Shown here piece after piece: positions 29,394 to 40,226 of a stretch of DNA of 64,000 nucleotides. The notes beneath the pieces were generated by a model. It was not told where the DNA came from and searched no databases. It was given only the letters and a program-made list of their open reading frames with translations. Where the stretch lies: IMG/VR virus record IMGVR_UViG_3300022074_000021, positions 12,333 through 76,332 of that record. The stretch is one strand, 5' to 3'. The stretch is from a virus. A program made the position numbers and the translations under genes. How positions within the stretch are numbered: the stretch's first letter is position 1; each line of letters begins with the position of its first letter.

Positions 29394-31258
29394 TTTAAAG
29401 GTGGCAGCGTAGTGTTCTCAATAATGACTTCCGAATCAGGATATTCCAAACTATCTATTACATTACCATTAGCTTCTTTAGATATTCCGTTATTAAGAAT
29501 GTTTTTAATTTTATCAAGTTCACCTATACATACTTTAATCTCTAGAATATTTGTAATTTCCTCTTGAGATATTTTAGGAATTTCACTCCAGCCAGTATCA
29601 CTAATTTTCTTAGAATTATCCATACTCATGCTCTTGTTATTAAATGATTCATTCGCCGGCGATCTTAATAGATATTGCCACGCCCCTAAAGTAAAATCAG
29701 TAATAATATCTGATTGCGAATTGACATCAATAATTTTAAAATATAGCCAGTCGCTAGTACCAGCTGGTCTAACAGCAACAAACGCTTGATTGGCTCTTTG
29801 ATATTTAGCAATACTCGTATCTCTAATAAATTGCTTACGTTTCTTGCTAGTACTTCCTGCTGTATCTCGACCGAAAAAGGCAGCTAATAATCCTGCACTA
29901 ACTGCAACACCATCATTGTAGATTTTTTCAGTTTGTGGTTTTAGTTGCTCCATACTTGATTCAGTCAACTCATGATCCCATCCGCTTGTAACTAATTGAG
30001 CAGCCGTTCCAGTCTCATTACCATCCGGATCATTTAAAACTCCAGTTCGTAATGCTTCCCGTCCAGCGTCTGTTCTTGCTATCTTTGAAGGAGCGTATAT
30101 ATAATTTTCACCTATGTTACCTACACCGCCAATAGTTTTAAGATCATCAGGGGTTTTATCGTATGTATCTATAAAAGCAATCTTGTGTTCCTTATCAATA
30201 TAGGCTGCAAAAATAGTGTATCGTGGATTACCATTTGGTTTATGCTCTATAATATCTGATATTTTAGTCTCACCATCTACGTATGTATTTACATTCTCAC
30301 CTTTAATCCGGGTTTGACTATCAAGTAATGAATTATTATCTTTATAACGTTTAGTCTGTCCTATAGGGTTTTCATCTGTAGAAATTCCATTAACACTACC
30401 TACTCTAGTACCAATACTCCTCTTTTTATTATCTCTTGGGCTGTAAGGATTATATCGAAAGCTTTGCTCAAATCGTCTAAAACACCCACCCATCTCTTGC
30501 CTAACTTTTGCTAAGACGTTACTACTAGCAGCGGAGTAATCATAGTAAGATTGAACATCTGGAGTATATCTAAATACACTTGCTGGGTTTCTTAAAGATT
30601 TACCGCTATTAATTTTATTATCAATCTCGGATAAATTTTCTTCACCAGCCAATACTTTTTGCACACTCTTAAATGCTTGTGTAGATGTCTGAATAATTTC
30701 GGTATAAGCTTTACTGAATACTAATGGTATTTTTGTTCTAATTGTTTCATCTATACTATTAGTCATATTACCAAATGATTCTGATAGCTGACCTACACCA
30801 AAGGTATTAGAATTATTTTTATTAGATGCTACTTGCGCTATTCTAGCTACGCTGTCTGATGTTCGAGCAAATAAATTACAAGGAGAGTTTAAACAATCCA
30901 GTAAAGCTTTTTCAAAAAGAGATTGAAAATCATCAGAGAACAAATTTGGAGTGCTCCAACGTGCGCGCATCTCTTGTATTGCAGATCCAAATATTGGGTT
31001 ATGTGTTATTTTAAGTAAATAATACTCAATAGTAGATCCATCCAGTACTGAGCTATTAAGTGTAAGATCTTGTACTAGCTTAGTAGCTGAATCTAAATTA
31101 CCATTAATAGCGCTGTTGTAGTTTAAAGCTAAGTTAATATCTAGCTCCCAATCTGGGTTATCTACCAAATCACAAAATGGGGTGTTATACTTTAAGTAAT
31201 CTTTACTTATAGCCAACCCTTGCAATTTTTCATGAAGATTGTTTCCATATATAATCAT
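29390..31258 (-). CDS. Hypothetical tail/baseplate-associated protein
   Basis: 622 aa; last gene of the tail-tube/baseplate operon. Confidence 0.45.
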   Translation of the reverse strand: MIIYGNNLHEKLQGLAISKDYLKYNTPFCDLVDNPDWELDINLALNYNSAINGNLDSATKLVQDLTLNSSVLDGSTIEYYLLKITHNPIFGSAIQEMRARWSTPNLFSDDFQSLFEKALLDCLNSPCNLFARTSDSVARIAQVASNKNNSNTFGVGQLSESFGNMTNSIDETIRTKIPLVFSKAYTEIIQTSTQAFKSVQKVLAGEENLSEIDNKINSGKSLRNPASVFRYTPDVQSYYDYSAASSNVLAKVRQEMGGCFRRFEQSFRYNPYSPRDNKKRSIGTRVGSVNGISTDENPIGQTKRYKDNNSLLDSQTRIKGENVNTYVDGETKISDIIEHKPNGNPRYTIFAAYIDKEHKIAFIDTYDKTPDDLKTIGGVGNIGENYIYAPSKIARTDAGREALRTGVLNDPDGNETGTAAQLVTSGWDHELTESSMEQLKPQTEKIYNDGVAVSAGLLAAFFGRDTAGSTSKKRKQFIRDTSIAKYQRANQAFVAVRPAGTSDWLYFKIIDVNSQSDIITDFTLGAWQYLLRSPANESFNNKSMSMDNSKKISDTGWSEIPKISQEEITNILEIKVCIGELDKIKNILNNGISKEANGNVIDSLEYPDSEVIIENTTLPPLN

Positions 31259-31635
31259 GATTGATTAGATTTAAGTTGTTCTAAAACTCTATAAAGGGCA
31301 CCTGGTTTAATATATTTGTATGTCCTGTTAGCTTGCGCTTGAAATATATAGTCTGGTTTGTTTAAAAGGTAAACTGACCACCATAGTTGAATTGTACTAT
31401 ATAGCTCATACGATAGAGTTGTCCATGGCTTATCACTTATTAAAGTAATTTCATCAATAAAATCATCACTGATATCATCTGGAAATGATACTTTATTTAA
31501 CAGATTATAAAAATAAAAATTGTTATCACCGTTATCAACCAAATTTACATTGAAGATATTTTCATACAATTCACTCGAGAGATTATTAAGATCTTCAACT
31601 TGATTTTGTTTTGTACCGTTAATTATTGTGCTCAT
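31255..31635 (-). CDS. Baseplate wedge gp53-like (LysM-like) protein
   Basis: WTTLSYELYSTIQLWWSVYLLN. Confidence 0.65.
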   Translation of the reverse strand: MSTIINGTKQNQVEDLNNLSSELYENIFNVNLVDNGDNNFYFYNLLNKVSFPDDISDDFIDEITLISDKPWTTLSYELYSTIQLWWSVYLLNKPDYIFQAQANRTYKYIKPGALYRVLEQLKSNQS

Positions 31636-32789
31636 TAGTTACCAAATATTACTGTGTTACCATCTAAAGATGTGTTAAAATTATCTCCTAACATTGTGTT
31701 ACCATAATCTTTAATTAAGGAAGAAAATGTAATAGACACTTGATACGCATCAGGTACAGGAGTTTCAATTAACTTACTATTAATTGTACCACTACCATTA
31801 CCAGTGGGGACGTATACTTTTGACTTTCTTATTGTACCTTGAAAATCTACTGACATATTAGAAATATACGCATATGGCATAGAAAATTGACCTGGTACTG
31901 ACACAGAGTATATTTTAGGAGGAGGCGTTCTACCAAATGATGTCTTGTAAGGCTTATTCTGAAAAGCCAAAAGCCATAGCAATTCATAATTTTGCTGGAT
32001 AGGGCTAACAGTCCCCCGTCTTATAGTATTAGCAAGTGGGAAGGTAACAGTCTCTGAGCGAGGGGAAGGTTCTTGAAAGTACATAGGCTTTTCGATATAT
32101 ACTCCTGGCTGCGCAATATTAACTACATCGGAAATAGTATTGACAGTTTTCATACCTTTGTCAATAAACTTAGAAATGAGATTATCACCACCTGTTTCGC
32201 CCCATTCTCCTGTTGTTATAGTTGGACTTTCATAAATTGGTAATCTATATTGGAATCCAGTAGGACGTGTAAAATAAATACCTTCTAACGATTTAAGATT
32301 ATTTTGTCTAAGTAGAGCCCTATCTGTATCAGTACCGCTTGTACGGGCTTGAAATCCATCTAAAAAACTACCAGCCCCTTCGAAGGCTTTTTTGGTTGCT
32401 TCTGATGCTTGAATTTTTTTAAGAGTACTTTGAATAAAATTGCTTTTTAACGATGCATCAATAACATTTGCTGAAGCGTTGAGATAATATAGAGCTCCAC
32501 TTATTAATGAGCTTAATAATTGCTCTCGCTCGGTAAGAAAAATACATGGTACTTTATTAAGAGCTGCTTCAGAAGATGTTGGTCCTGCATACCAACTAAA
32601 GTCATTTACAACATCAATTATCTTTCTATTCGGCTTAAGTATAGGTTTATTATCCGTATCAGTAAGCTGTACGCTAAACTTCTTTAATATGTTTTGAACA
32701 TCTTTACCTAGTTGTGTGCGATTACTAGCAAGATCTGTTCCTTCTTCGAAACGTGAAAGTCCTTGGGTGTTAATTAAAACTGTACTCAT
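31635..32789 (-). CDS. Baseplate tail-tube cap gp48-like protein
   Basis: PPPKIYSVSVPG...AYISNMSVDF...YQVSITFSSL tube-fold C-terminus. Confidence 0.55.
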   Translation of the reverse strand: MSTVLINTQGLSRFEEGTDLASNRTQLGKDVQNILKKFSVQLTDTDNKPILKPNRKIIDVVNDFSWYAGPTSSEAALNKVPCIFLTEREQLLSSLISGALYYLNASANVIDASLKSNFIQSTLKKIQASEATKKAFEGAGSFLDGFQARTSGTDTDRALLRQNNLKSLEGIYFTRPTGFQYRLPIYESPTITTGEWGETGGDNLISKFIDKGMKTVNTISDVVNIAQPGVYIEKPMYFQEPSPRSETVTFPLANTIRRGTVSPIQQNYELLWLLAFQNKPYKTSFGRTPPPKIYSVSVPGQFSMPYAYISNMSVDFQGTIRKSKVYVPTGNGSGTINSKLIETPVPDAYQVSITFSSLIKDYGNTMLGDNFNTSLDGNTVIFGN

Positions 32790-34324
32790 TATGCGTAGAA
32801 TTCTGTTGTTAGTTTGTTAGAGGGAAATTGTATATCTGTAGGGCCAGTTTTTCCAGATTGTGATACTAATGCATTAATACCATTACGAATAGATATCAAT
32901 ACTGATAGCTGATTTTTATTAATATCACTTATTGTAGACATTGTTTTAGAGTTACCATCAAGCATCTTATCGATAGGACCACCAGTCTTAGCAGCAAGTA
33001 TAGAATCTTCATCATCAAATGCTGTTACATTACCGTTTTTAGAAATATAACCATCTTTAATGTCACTAGGTAACTTATTTGTCGCTTGAAATGCTTTCTG
33101 CTCAGCTGGTGTCAAATGAAGAATTTCTTCTGCTCTTTGCTGCTCCGGAGTCATTCTAGCATCTCTTTCTTGCTTACGCCTCATCTGTTGTGCGTTCCAA
33201 GCTGCCTGTCTTATCTCAGCTTCAGACATGGCATCAGGATCTTCTATTCTATCAATATCAATACCAGGAATTTTATTAGCTATATCAATTATCTTATTCT
33301 GACCCGCACGAACCATGTCCTTAAAAATAGCTATAGCACCTTCAAAGACTGACCTTAGAGAACTACCAATTTGATCAAAGACACCCACTATCCATCCCCA
33401 TGAGTCAGTTGCAATCTCTTTACCTTTTTGATATACGTCGTTAAGTTCGTTACCAGCTAAAGTTGTAAAAGCATCGAACGCCATTAAAAAATTTTCATTG
33501 GCACCTTGTCCGAGCATTGCTGGTATTATCTTTCCCCACGCTTTAAAACCTTCTGCAAAATCTAATTTAGCCATATGCCCAATACCAACTCCAAATTGAT
33601 ACAAGCCACTTAACAATGGTATTTTACCATCTTTAATATTTTGCCAAACTACTGCTCCTAGCTCACTTGCCTTTGTATTTAGCCAGGTCCCAAAATCTAC
33701 ATCTCTTTCGCCAGTATTCTCATTCTTAGGGTTATTATATTCATACATGAATTTAATCATGTCCATACCAACAGACACTGCAGTACCAATACCAGGAAAT
33801 AGACCAGCAATACCAGAAGTAAGTTCATATAGACCCTCAAATGGCTTATCCCTCTGAAATGCGTCGTATGCATATCCAAAGTTAATAAGCGAACCTACTA
33901 GAGGTAAAACTTTTAGCATTTTGATAGGTACGAGTTTCGCTAGCTTTAAAGCCATTGTAGCCAAGTGACCAGTATCTGTAACTATTGCAAGAGCAGTTCC
34001 GAGAAGACCTGCTCCAAGAAGACCCATGAGGTTTACCCCTCCACCGCCATTACCACCAGCTTGAATCGCAGCCATCTGACTAGCAGTATCACCTCCTGCC
34101 GCGATAGTCCCTCTGCTAATTTTTTGAGCCTCAGGATCAGGATCAATAACATCTTTCATAATCCCGAATATTTTAGTATATCTAGATATCTCTTGGGTTG
34201 TAAGATTAGGATTGACTTCACCAGGTCTATTATCTTTTCTCACACCACGTTCACTTTCTGGTGCGCTCTTATTAGTAAGAGCGCCCATTATTGCTGCGAA
34301 TGGATTGGTAACGTCTTCTGCCAC
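32789..34324 (-). CDS. Tape-measure/gp29-like protein
   Basis: LKVLPLVGSLI, GLFPGIGTAVSVG amphipathic repeats; position after hub genes. Confidence 0.55.
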   Translation of the reverse strand: MAEDVTNPFAAIMGALTNKSAPESERGVRKDNRPGEVNPNLTTQEISRYTKIFGIMKDVIDPDPEAQKISRGTIAAGGDTASQMAAIQAGGNGGGGVNLMGLLGAGLLGTALAIVTDTGHLATMALKLAKLVPIKMLKVLPLVGSLINFGYAYDAFQRDKPFEGLYELTSGIAGLFPGIGTAVSVGMDMIKFMYEYNNPKNENTGERDVDFGTWLNTKASELGAVVWQNIKDGKIPLLSGLYQFGVGIGHMAKLDFAEGFKAWGKIIPAMLGQGANENFLMAFDAFTTLAGNELNDVYQKGKEIATDSWGWIVGVFDQIGSSLRSVFEGAIAIFKDMVRAGQNKIIDIANKIPGIDIDRIEDPDAMSEAEIRQAAWNAQQMRRKQERDARMTPEQQRAEEILHLTPAEQKAFQATNKLPSDIKDGYISKNGNVTAFDDEDSILAAKTGGPIDKMLDGNSKTMSTISDINKNQLSVLISIRNGINALVSQSGKTGPTDIQFPSNKLTTEFYA

Positions 34325-34332
34325 CTAATTAT

Positions 34333-35073
34333 TTAATCAGTGGATAGGAAGCTTGCGTTAATTTCTATCATAACTTCTTGATCAAATGTAACTGCTCTGT
34401 CTGTTACTTTTTTTATACTACTAATATAATCAAGAATTTTATTGCTAAGCTTAAGAGGTAAATTATTTACAATTTCTTTACGTTCGAATGAGCTAATATC
34501 GCTAAATACAACAGTATTTTCACCAATTTTAATACTATCAATATACTTGCTCGTCTCGTATGATACAACCATACCAACACTCTGCTTAAGTTTTTCGCTA
34601 GGGTCTGTGATTTTAGCTAGCTCTGCAATGAGTTTGTTATTAATAGCACTATCTATCGATAAGGTTGGTACACTTAAATCTACAGCAATTTCGTCATGTG
34701 ATACTGTAGATTTAAGCTTAACATCAGATTTTTTGATAGATGGTAAGTCGTCAATATCATATTCAGCATCATTAATTGTAATCTTAGATCCAACAGACTC
34801 TCTACGTAAACCTAATAGAATAGCAGGCTTATCAATAATAAGATACTCCTGATCCTCTACACTATTATCTGTAATTAAATCGTTAAAAATATTAACTCGT
34901 TTAACAACACCATCAATTCCGTCAAATGCTGAGCTGATTAGCTTCTTCTGCTGACTAACACTTGCAAGTTTGAAAGATGCCTTCTTGGCTATTGATGGAA
35001 TCTTAACTGTTACTGTATTAGCATTATTAAGCTCTTGAAGACTATTCAAAAAACTTTTAACATCAGAACTCAT
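34333..35073 (-). CDS. Baseplate hub assembly protein gp26-like
   Basis: VKIPSIAKKASFKLASVSQQKKLI...LIIDKPAILLGLRRESVG pattern. Confidence 0.6.
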   Translation of the reverse strand: MSSDVKSFLNSLQELNNANTVTVKIPSIAKKASFKLASVSQQKKLISSAFDGIDGVVKRVNIFNDLITDNSVEDQEYLIIDKPAILLGLRRESVGSKITINDAEYDIDDLPSIKKSDVKLKSTVSHDEIAVDLSVPTLSIDSAINNKLIAELAKITDPSEKLKQSVGMVVSYETSKYIDSIKIGENTVVFSDISSFERKEIVNNLPLKLSNKILDYISSIKKVTDRAVTFDQEVMIEINASFLSTD

Positions 35074-35081
35074 ACTAATAT

Positions 35082-35897
35082 TTATCTCTCATTTTGATTT
35101 TGCAACTTTTTGTTTTCTGTTGCAACTCTTTCACTGTGTATATTCATTAATATTCTAGATTCTACTGGTGATAACTTAAAGAATAAATCTGAACCTGGTG
35201 TGATTGTATTTTGGAATACATATATTAAAGAGTAAAATGATTTAAGATTAGTTGAAAACAGGTTAGATATAAATTGCATAACACCGTTGCCTAATATATT
35301 AATTTTAAGCTCTTCTACTCCAATAGCTTTATTCTGTTCAATTAATGATATGTCTAAGAGATTATTTTGAATCGTTTCAATGAACTTATTAATACGTTTA
35401 AAAAGAAATGCTGGTAGATTGTCCATTACCTGTGATTGTTCCTGCTTACTCAAAGTGCTAAACTCTAAAACGTTGTCGGCTACCTTAATTGTTTTAATTG
35501 TAGATATATATAAATCATCAATATGTTCGTAATATGATATACATGGAAGATCTAATGCTATTTCTATACCTCCCTCTTCGAACTTAGTTTCTAAATCCAC
35601 ATAGTTAGTCTCGAGCTTTTCGAGTATAGAGTTTAAATTAACATCAATGTTTTTATTTTCTACATTAAGAGTTATCGAATCTTCGATGTATATCATTCTT
35701 ATAAAAATAAGAAGATAAAACCTATCAAAAATGTTCATATCAGGCTCGATAAAGAGCTCTTCAAATAATCTACTTAACCCTATTAAGTCATTATTCTGCG
35801 TATACTTAATAATAATGAGATAATCTTTATTATTTAACTCTTTGACTCTATACTTCTTACCTGATGGTAAGACTATTTCTACATTAAATTGCCGCAT
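35082..35897 (-). CDS. Second gp26-like protein with gp51-like C-terminus
   Basis: IVLPSGKKYRVKEL...FDRFYLLIFIR; C-terminal LSPVESRILM. Confidence 0.5.
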   Translation of the reverse strand: MRQFNVEIVLPSGKKYRVKELNNKDYLIIIKYTQNNDLIGLSRLFEELFIEPDMNIFDRFYLLIFIRMIYIEDSITLNVENKNIDVNLNSILEKLETNYVDLETKFEEGGIEIALDLPCISYYEHIDDLYISTIKTIKVADNVLEFSTLSKQEQSQVMDNLPAFLFKRINKFIETIQNNLLDISLIEQNKAIGVEELKINILGNGVMQFISNLFSTNLKSFYSLIYVFQNTITPGSDLFFKLSPVESRILMNIHSERVATENKKLQNQNER

Positions 35898-36615
35898 CTA
35901 ATACCCCTCTAGGAGTATTTAGTTGATAATGTTGAAAAGTAAAGCCTACTCCACGAGATAATACATCACTTGCATTAAAAGTGTCGTAGCTTATTTTATC
36001 ACCTTGAACAGTATTGGGAATACAGTCATAAAAAGTATGCATTTTACGAATACCAAATTCTACTTCTTCATTCTCCCTTCGTCGCTTATTTGATTCCGCT
36101 ACTTTATCTGGATATCGTATTGCAGTACGGGTATACTGTATAACATCAATATTACATTTAATATCAGGCTCAAAATCATCTTCTATTAAACCTGCATAAG
36201 AAGCAGCGACAGCCCATGGTTGAAAGAAAAAAGAAAATACATCTCTATTAGTTTCTAAAAAAGTAACATCTAAATTATTGTTTTCCATTCTATTACCTCC
36301 AACTAACGCAGAGCGAAATCCACCTGCTTGTGATATACTAGCTGTGCTGATATCAAATCCCTCTTGTGGAAATAATACGTTTTGGGCTAATAAAAAACCA
36401 ACTTCAGTATCAGATACTCGATCAATTAATCCAGTATCAACTCTAAACGTATTTGGTCTATAAGAATTTAAATAATACTCGATTGCATCCCCAACATTGG
36501 ACATCGCACCACTGCCTGTTCGTGCGGAAAAATTAATACCCCAAATACTTTTAATTGGAATATCATTTGTCCAGTCTTGATGAAGCCGGAGACGCTTTCG
36601 AATATGATTAGGCAT
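35884..36615 (-). CDS. Tail-tube initiator gp54-like
   Basis: LDVTFLET...FFQPW...FYDCIP...VGFTFQHY tube fold; adjacent to gp19. Confidence 0.6.
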   Translation of the reverse strand: MPNHIRKRLRLHQDWTNDIPIKSIWGINFSARTGSGAMSNVGDAIEYYLNSYRPNTFRVDTGLIDRVSDTEVGFLLAQNVLFPQEGFDISTASISQAGGFRSALVGGNRMENNNLDVTFLETNRDVFSFFFQPWAVAASYAGLIEDDFEPDIKCNIDVIQYTRTAIRYPDKVAESNKRRRENEEVEFGIRKMHTFYDCIPNTVQGDKISYDTFNASDVLSRGVGFTFQHYQLNTPRGVLDAAI

Positions 36616-36618
36616 CTT

Positions 36619-37158
36619 TTATCGTTCTTTTGTATAGAAGTGATAAGAGATGGTAGCGTCAATATTAACAGTTGTACCAGTACCACCGGCAATATCATAG
36701 TTAATACTATTAACATTACGTAGAGAGGCACCTATTAGCTTATACTCAGCAATTGGTTCGAGTTCTTTATCGAGCTGTGCCAGTTGAATAAAGAAATCAT
36801 CATCAGGAGTACCATATTCTCCGGTCGATGTCTGATCATCAAAGAGAGAGCGAGATGCTTGTTCAAAGTAATTACGAAGAGAGCTCTCAGCGTCAAGATA
36901 GAACTGCAGGGAGTAATCACCAGATCCTGGGTATGTTACTGCGCCAGGAACGTTCAATTGAAGACCCATATAAGGTACAGCAACGTTTCCAATATTACGA
37001 CCTGGTAAAGATGCTGTCTTGACATAAATAAGGTCACCTTCCTCGAGAGCAGGTACCCCTTGAAGCTGCATCTGAGTTACACGGAAAAGAAAATCACGTG
37101 AAAAGTCTTTATCAGCAGCTGTGCGATAAAAGTTTTGAATATTCTGATTTACAGGCAT
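36619..37158 (-). CDS. gp19: Tail tube protein gp19
   Basis: KTASLPGRNIGNVAVPYMGLQLNVPG...LAQLD; directly downstream of the sheath. Confidence 0.85.
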   Translation of the reverse strand: MPVNQNIQNFYRTAADKDFSRDFLFRVTQMQLQGVPALEEGDLIYVKTASLPGRNIGNVAVPYMGLQLNVPGAVTYPGSGDYSLQFYLDAESSLRNYFEQASRSLFDDQTSTGEYGTPDDDFFIQLAQLDKELEPIAEYKLIGASLRNVNSINYDIAGGTGTTVNIDATISYHFYTKER

Positions 37159-37189
37159 ACTAATATTTATGCTTCCAACAGTTAGATTA

Positions 37190-37221
37190 TAAAAAAAGAG
37201 GAGGTCTTTCGACCTCCTCCT
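37190..37221 (-). terminator. Intrinsic terminator after gp18
   Basis: On the minus strand, GGAGGAGGTCGAAAGACCTCCTC followed by a T-run. Confidence 0.85.
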
Positions 37222-37245
37222 GTAAATTTATTTAAGTTTATTAAT

Positions 37246-39588
37246 TTAAGCTCCGATAAGCTCTTCAAAGCTAGCATCTGTACGCGTAGCATAGAAGTTT
37301 ACCAAGATAAACTCTGCAGTACGTACTGGCTTTAGGTAAATATCAACCACCAGCTCATTTTGATCAATAACTTCAGCTGTATTATTACGCTCGTCGCAAA
37401 CAATCATAAAGTCATATAGACCGTCATCCGCTTTAACTCGCTCAAAGAACGGTGTTAACGTATTAACAACTCGAGTTCTTGTAAACAATGTATTGTTCTC
37501 AAAGAGGAAGAACTGCATTGTCTTCTTAGTAATCTTCTCAAGATATAAGAATGTACGACGTACGTTGATACGATCAAATGCACTAGGCTTTCTTAGTAAG
37601 GTCTTTTGTCCAAAGAATACATTACCTTGATCGGCAAAGTTAGCAATTGGGTTGAGGTTAGCTGTATAAAGATCATCTCGTTGACGTTGGTTTGGTGTAA
37701 CAGCGATGTCTGAAGCATCTGTAACTATGCCACGATTAAATCCAGCAGGTGCACCCCATGGGCCAACTGCAGCATCTGTAGCAGCCATCTTAGCAGCAGC
37801 AAATCCAGACGATGGAACCCATACATTTAAACCTGTATAGTTATCATAAACACTCATCCAGTTAGCATAGACTGTAGCATATGATGTATTAGCTAATTCA
37901 AACTGATGTCTAATTGCCCAGTAAATATCTACGTAGAAGTTTTTAGTAGGATCCTTCTGAACTTTGCTATTTGTACCAGTTACAACTAACTGACGAATTG
38001 GATCAGCAATGAATAAAATATCACCTCGACCACCCTCTTTGGCAGGTCCTGCAAATGTAGCAAACTTATTGAAGACGTTCATGTAAGAACTTCTTGCAAA
38101 CGTAGTACTTAAATCACCAGATGTTCTTAACGCTTCAATTTCAGTTGTTGTTTTTGTATCATCAAACTTTGCATCACTTGCTGATACGGTCTCCATATAA
38201 GTATTGATAGTACCAAGACCAGCTTCAGCAATCATACTAATATCATACTTACGATCATTACGAACTCGATCAAGAGCACGGTCAAGCTTACCTGGAATAT
38301 TACCGATTACTTTCGTTGTAAGATCGACATCCCCGTAACTACCGAGCGGGGCGAGATTATCAGCTTTTGAAATTAACATGTCGGGTGAAAATTTTCCCAC
38401 TGCTGTAGAGAGAGCAAAGAAGGTTGATGGTAATCCTGACACAGTTTGGCTAATTTCCCCCGTTTGAACAGCTGCAGATAGGGCATTTGAAAAGACACGA
38501 ATCTTAAACTTTGGTGTACCATCATCTTTAAGCTGTACTCCAGTATTAGCATTTGATACAAAAGGATTAACTATTACATCAATATTACGTGATTTTTCTT
38601 CAACCGTATCTAAACTGAAATTAACCGGTGCGCCACCATTTTCTGAATTGCGTTGACGGTATTTACCAATTGAAGCATTATAACCTTCCTCAAGAAGATA
38701 ATCAAGTTTATTGGCCTCTTTTGAAAACACTGACTGTCGAAGTTTAAATACACCAACATTTAGAGCATCATCAAACTCACGCGTCCCGATATCATATCCT
38801 TCAATACGATCTTCCATTACCTGTGAAATCGATCCGTTAGAAGGATTATCACCAAATTCAGGTGTAGCGGTAAGAGAGAATTCGAATCGCGATGCTGGTA
38901 CTTCTGTAAATGTTGATATACCACCTGTTTGAGCACCTGTAGTAACTGAAAATACACTCTGTATAGACTCAAAACTTGATGCTGGGTTTAAAAGAGTATT
39001 GTCAGTTAAACCAACATAATATCCATTGAATTGATTATCAATCACTGTTTGTCCTTTGTTAACAACGAGCACTGCAGCACCAGATAACCCATTGATATCA
39101 TTAAATGATGTGATTATATTATTAGTAAAATTAAACAATTGTCCATTCTTGAGCTGTATGTATTGCTCATTAGTAATTTCAAACTGAGTTGGTCGACCTA
39201 ATACATATGTACCACTATTAACTGAATACGTTGTTGAGATAGCATTCGCTGCGTCATCATAAACCACGGCTGGGTAAGCAAGAACACTTACTTTAGAGCC
39301 AAAACCTTGACCAGAACCAGCTCCATATGGGAGACGGTTAACGAGCAAAGAGCCAGAAGAGTTTAAAGCAGCGCGCGCCGAGTGATAAAAATATCTTTCT
39401 GCTGGAGTCTTTGGAGCACCGTAAATTTGTTCAAACTCAGAAATATTTCCAAGTCCGATAACTTCATCGGTAGGTCCTTCGGAAGCGAATCCAGCAATAT
39501 ACGTTGTGGTGCCTGTTTGAGCTGTGCGTAGTGATAAATCACTCTCACGAATCTCGACACCAGGAGATTGAATTGTCCTATTAGCCAT
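37246..39588 (-). CDS. gp18: Tail sheath protein gp18
   Basis: SPGVEIRESDLS, PWGAPAGFNRG, FGQKTL...AFDRINVRR, FENNTLFTR, VCDERNNT, YLKPVRTAEFI. Confidence 0.95.
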   Translation of the reverse strand: MANRTIQSPGVEIRESDLSLRTAQTGTTTYIAGFASEGPTDEVIGLGNISEFEQIYGAPKTPAERYFYHSARAALNSSGSLLVNRLPYGAGSGQGFGSKVSVLAYPAVVYDDAANAISTTYSVNSGTYVLGRPTQFEITNEQYIQLKNGQLFNFTNNIITSFNDINGLSGAAVLVVNKGQTVIDNQFNGYYVGLTDNTLLNPASSFESIQSVFSVTTGAQTGGISTFTEVPASRFEFSLTATPEFGDNPSNGSISQVMEDRIEGYDIGTREFDDALNVGVFKLRQSVFSKEANKLDYLLEEGYNASIGKYRQRNSENGGAPVNFSLDTVEEKSRNIDVIVNPFVSNANTGVQLKDDGTPKFKIRVFSNALSAAVQTGEISQTVSGLPSTFFALSTAVGKFSPDMLISKADNLAPLGSYGDVDLTTKVIGNIPGKLDRALDRVRNDRKYDISMIAEAGLGTINTYMETVSASDAKFDDTKTTTEIEALRTSGDLSTTFARSSYMNVFNKFATFAGPAKEGGRGDILFIADPIRQLVVTGTNSKVQKDPTKNFYVDIYWAIRHQFELANTSYATVYANWMSVYDNYTGLNVWVPSSGFAAAKMAATDAAVGPWGAPAGFNRGIVTDASDIAVTPNQRQRDDLYTANLNPIANFADQGNVFFGQKTLLRKPSAFDRINVRRTFLYLEKITKKTMQFFLFENNTLFTRTRVVNTLTPFFERVKADDGLYDFMIVCDERNNTAEVIDQNELVVDIYLKPVRTAEFILVNFYATRTDASFEELIGA

Positions 39589-39634
39589 ATCATTATTTAT
39601 GCTTTTCCGGACAAAAATCTGTAACTATTTTAAT

Positions 39635-40213
39635 TTAGTAGTTAATAAGTTTGGAGTGAATTTGTGAATAGACAAAAGTCATCGATGAAGTAATTTCATC
39701 AGCATTTCTATAGTTATATTGTATTTCTCCTAAAGTTACTGGAAAAGCTTTTGTGTATGTAAATTCAATACGTTTATTATTAAACTCATCTAAACCGAAT
39801 AATGTCATATCAGTCTGATAACTTTTAAAATCTTCATCTGTGACTAAATCAGCAGCATCGTATAGTCCTTCCTTTTGATCGTGCATCAAATTGAGCCATT
39901 TATAAAGCACCCAATAGTTATTGAACCCATTATCAATAGTAAATTCTACAGTTACTGGTGGGAAAGGCTCTCTTGCATGAGTTGAGTTATACAAGTTTGA
40001 ACCTGCATAAGGTATCTGTAAGGCCGGGACATCTATTGTAGGTACAACAGCACCATAAACGGAAAACTGAAAAGCATCTTCATTAACATTGTATGTCTGT
40101 CTATCAGTTTTGGAATCAATCTTACGTAAGGCCGGAGGTAAAGAGAAAACAAGAGTAAACTTATCAGCTCTACTCTTATTAAGAAATGATTGATTATTTT
40201 GGTTTACAGCCAT
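39635..40213 (-). CDS. Tail tube terminator gp3-like
   Basis: VTVEFTIDNGFNNYWVLYKW...FTYTKAFPVTLGEIQY. Confidence 0.65.
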   Translation of the reverse strand: MAVNQNNQSFLNKSRADKFTLVFSLPPALRKIDSKTDRQTYNVNEDAFQFSVYGAVVPTIDVPALQIPYAGSNLYNSTHAREPFPPVTVEFTIDNGFNNYWVLYKWLNLMHDQKEGLYDAADLVTDEDFKSYQTDMTLFGLDEFNNKRIEFTYTKAFPVTLGEIQYNYRNADEITSSMTFVYSQIHSKLINY

Positions 40214-40226
40214 ACTGTTATTTAAT